Shown here piece by piece: positions 60,631-64,000 of a stretch of DNA of 64,000 bases. The DNA is taken from positions 122,142,001 to 122,206,000 of the forward strand of contig NC_087437.1 of assembly GCF_036321535.1 (NCBI RefSeq), given 5' to 3'. The notes under the pieces were generated by a model. The model was not told the DNA's origin and did no database searches. It saw nothing but the letters and a program-made list of their open reading frames with translations. The position numbers and the translations under genes were made by a program. This stretch comes from Camelus dromedarius (lineage: Eukaryota). Each line of letters opens with the position of its first letter. Position 1 is the first letter of the stretch.

Positions 60631-61395
60631 TTTTTTTTAAGTTGACATAGAATTGATATAACTTTATATTAGTTTCAGGCACATGATGTAATACGTTTTG
60701 ACTCCCTTCACCCATTTTGCCCACCTCCCACCACCCACCTGAAGCAACCACCAATCTCCTCTCTGTATTCACGCGCTCAGGATTTTTATTTAGTTTGGGT
60801 TTGGGTTTGGGTTTTTCAGATTCCACATATCAGTGAGGTCATGTGGTATTTGTCTTTCTCCTCTGACTTATCTCAGCATAATATCCTCAGGTCCATCCAT
60901 GTTCTCCCAGATGGCAAGATTGCATTCTTTTTTATGGCTGAATAATATTCCTCTGTGCACATATACAGCATTTCTTTATCTGTCACCCATCAATGGGCAC
61001 TTCAGTTGCTCCCATGTCTTGGCAGCTGTAAATAGCAGTGCCGTGAGTGTGGGGCTGCAGGTGAATCTTGCTGAGTTACTGTTTCCATTTCCCTTGATAA
61101 GTACCCAGAAGTGGGATTGCTGGATTATATGGTGGTTTTATTTTCAGTTTTTTAAGGAACCTCCATATTGTTTTCCGCCGTGGCTGCAATTCGCATCCTC
61201 ACAGCAGCGGACACAGGGCCCTTTGCCGCGTTCCCGCCAGCACTGGCTGTTTCCTGTCTTTGATACTAGACATCCTAACGGGTGTGAGGTGATTTCTTCC
61301 TGAGGTTTTGGCGTTTCCCAGATGGCTAGGGATGCTGAGCACCTCTCCATGGACCTGCTGGCCACCTGTGTGTCTTCCTTGGACCGTGAGCTTCT
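60631..61395 (-). mobile_element. L1MA/artiodactyl-type L1 3' end, antisense
   Basis: agattccacatatcagtgaggtcatgtggtatttgtctttctc...tttatggctgaataatattcc...ttttaaggaacctccatattgttttcc. Confidence 0.9.
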
Positions 61396-61639
61396 CACTG
61401 GGAGCTAGGAGCAATTCCGTGGGTGCCTGGTGGGTGCTGGCCTTTGAGTCCAGGGGGGTCAGAAAACAGCAGCTAAACGTGCAGATGCAGAGAGACTGCC
61501 AGCCTTGCAAACACTTGGCAGAAGGGGACCCCAGGGAGAGGATTCATTTACAAACTGCAGCTTAGCCCGCAGTCTGAGAGAGAAACATCCAGGAGCCTCT
61601 GCTGCTGCTCCCATGCTGACATCAAGGGCGGCTGGGCTG

Positions 61640-61925
61640 GGCTGCAAGCCAGAGGCTCGAGGACCCTCTTCCAGGCTCATTTGGTTGGTGGCTGAATTCA
61701 GTTCCCTGAAGCTGCAGGACAAGTTGTTCTGGCCGCTGTTGGCTGGGGCTGCTCTCAGTTCCTTCCACGTGCCCCCCCCCCCATTTCCACAGCTGAGAAC
61801 CTCCCCTCTTCTGCTCCATCCAGAGAAAACGCAGCTCTGTAAGGGCCGGGTGTCAGGTCAGGCCACCTGGATGGTCTCCCATCCTAAGGTCAACTGACTG
61901 GCAACCTTAATCACATCTGCAGACA
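61640..61925 (-). mobile_element. Old MaLR LTR fragment (MLT1D/E-like)
   Basis: ttccaggctcatttggttggtggctgaattcagttcc...aggtcaactgact...accttaatcacatctgca. Confidence 0.6.
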
Positions 61926-64000
61926 TGATGTGGCGCTCAGGCCTGGCTCAGGGTTCTGCTCTGCTGGACAGAGCTGGACTCAGTGGGGTGCCAGGAAGGG
62001 CAGGTTTCCTGGGGCAGCAAGACCAGAGGTGGCAGGAGCCAATGCAGACACCACATAGCCCCCAAAGACCTCCTGGGGCTTAAAGTGACCGGAGGGAGGA
62101 GGAGACCCAAAGGCATCAGCCACATGATTTAGTCCCCCCGGTACCGGACACAGGGAGCCTGTGCTGCAGCGAATGTGGCGTTTGTTCCCACCGTTACTCA
62201 CAAACGGCCCAAATTCCTTCCTGATAAATTTGCTGTGACACATTCTCCCGGACCCAACCACCTTCAGAACATTTTCTCTGAGTGACGAATATGGCTTAGC
62301 TGTCCAGGTTCTGGAAAGTGTTGTTACAGGAACCACAGAGGCCAGGTCAGCTGGCCCCAGGGAAAGGCGGTGGCCGTGTCTCTCCCCAGACATGTGACAC
62401 TTCCCCCAGGCCGCACAGGAGACCCCTGGTCCCCAACCCTAGGGCCTGAGAGGTGGGCTGGTGGTGGGGAGGGGGAGGGGATCCCTGCCGCAGCATCTCT
62501 GCTGTGGGGGGGGCTGGGGGCCTGGGGGGCTGGCCAGTCACCCCGTCTCTGGCATCCAGAATCCTGGCACGTCCTTCGCCCATGGTGCCTGGGCCAACAG
62601 CAGCTGGCTTGGAGCCCCGCACACCTTCCAGCCCCAGGCAGCAGGCGCCCGTGCAGTGAGAGGCCCTGACGTCCGGGGCAGCCGTGGACACAGCCACCGT
62701 CAAAGGTCAGTAGCCGGGACCACATCTGGAAGGAGAGTCGCCCAAGGACACTTGAGCAGGACCCGGTGTGGACAGTGGCCCCAACCCAAGGGGGCTGGGA
62801 GAGCAGGGACCCCCAACCTCGAGGGCATATGGGTCTAACCAGCCCAGCACCCAGGACGGAGTGATGAGGTCGACCGAGTTTCCCCTGGCAGCGTACTGGG
62901 TGGCGATGTCCTCTGGCCTGTTCCCGTGCTCTCTGGGTGGAGCCCCTCACGGGGGACGGAGACCTGCTGCTGATGGATGGGGCACCGGCTGGGCTCACAG
63001 ACTGTGTCACACAACAGGTCCACCCACTTCCTGGGTGGGGAGACGGAGGCAACGCAGGGCCAGTGGCTGGCCTCGGGTTGTTCAGCGAAGAGTGGGGGCC
63101 CCATGAGCCTGGCCCCTGTCAGTGCCATGTGCGGGCAGAGGTCAGAGGGCGTGGGCACTGAGGCTGGACTCTGGGGACCTTTGAGAGGCGACAGGGATCC
63201 CTGCCCACTGTGAGGGCTCTCGGAGCCGGTGGAAGGTGGGCTCCAGAAAGAGCCGACCAGGCTGGGGCTTCAGCATGAGCCAGGCACGTATGACAGGAAC
63301 AGGCCACTCCAGGACAGGCAGGCAGCCAGGGCCACAGACCCTGGGGGCCTCCAGCCCAGCCAGACCCTTCAGACCCTCACCAGCCGGACCCGAGCATGGA
63401 AAGGTGGCGGAGGCGACCAGGCTGCTTCATGGTCAGGTCCCCGGGCGGGAAGTGGGGGTGGAGGGTCTCTCTCTGTAGAAGCATTGTCCTCTCGTGAGCC
63501 CTGGACCGCACCTGCCTCCCCAGCAGATGAGAGCAGTGACCGCCAGCACCCCTCCCGCACCTGCCACCGTGCGCACACACGCGGAGGGCTAAGTGTGTGG
63601 AGTAGCATGCTGCTGAACTCCCTTATCCTCATGCAGGTGGCCCCGGGGTGGTGACGACGAAGTCCTGGTCAGTGCGGCCCGACATCTCCTGCGCCATGCA
63701 AGGGGGCATGGTGGCCACTGCAGCTTGAGCCACCCCGGCCGTGGGAGTCCTTATCTGAGGAGAAATTGGTAGGGCTCTTGTGGCGTTCCAGAAAATCCCA
63801 CCCCGTGATTCCCCTGAGCTCTGGGATCTGGCTTTCTTGAAGTCCCTTCCAACTCGCAAATCTGTCCCCGTCGCCAGCCACAGAGCCAGCCCACCCTCGC
63901 CACGTACGTCTGCAGGAATTCACGCTGCAGCTCATGTGTCCTGCGTCTCAAGGCCGCTAACCCTCAGACAAGCTGGTTCTGTTTAGGGCTTGATTTGTCA

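Noticed and set aside
62830..62940. Coding-looking minus-strand frame (EDIATQYAARGNSVDLI)
   Set aside because: No recognisable homology and no convincing acceptor/donor pair.

Overview
Mammalian genomic DNA, most likely from a camelid (alpaca, llama or camel). The evidence is a tRNA-Ala-derived SINE resembling Vic-1 and several copies of a young lineage-type L1 3' end. The window is GC-rich and looks subtelomeric. I could not identify any protein-coding exon: the listed ORFs are explained by GC-rich DNA, tandem repeats or decayed transposons. Roughly half of the window is repeat: long decayed L1M-type LINEs with nested insertions, MaLR/MLT LTRs, an ERVL remnant with recognisable RT/integrase motifs, a solo ERV LTR, MER20 and Charlie1 hAT transposons, a 44 x 52-bp minisatellite and smaller tandem repeats. 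The most functional-looking part is a regulatory hub at about 36.5-49.2 kb. It holds a CpG island with phased ETS sites, GC boxes, a TATA/MEF2-NKX-SOX module, four ATGACTCAGC (NRF2/BACH-sMAF) motifs, a perfect 24-bp palindrome and a chain of minus-strand splice-bounded segments that could form an unannotated lncRNA or small-ORF transcript. Repeat family names come from my recall of consensus sequences, not a database search. Boundaries of old repeats are approximate. I see no firm evidence of a new biological system; the best leads are ranked in the findings.
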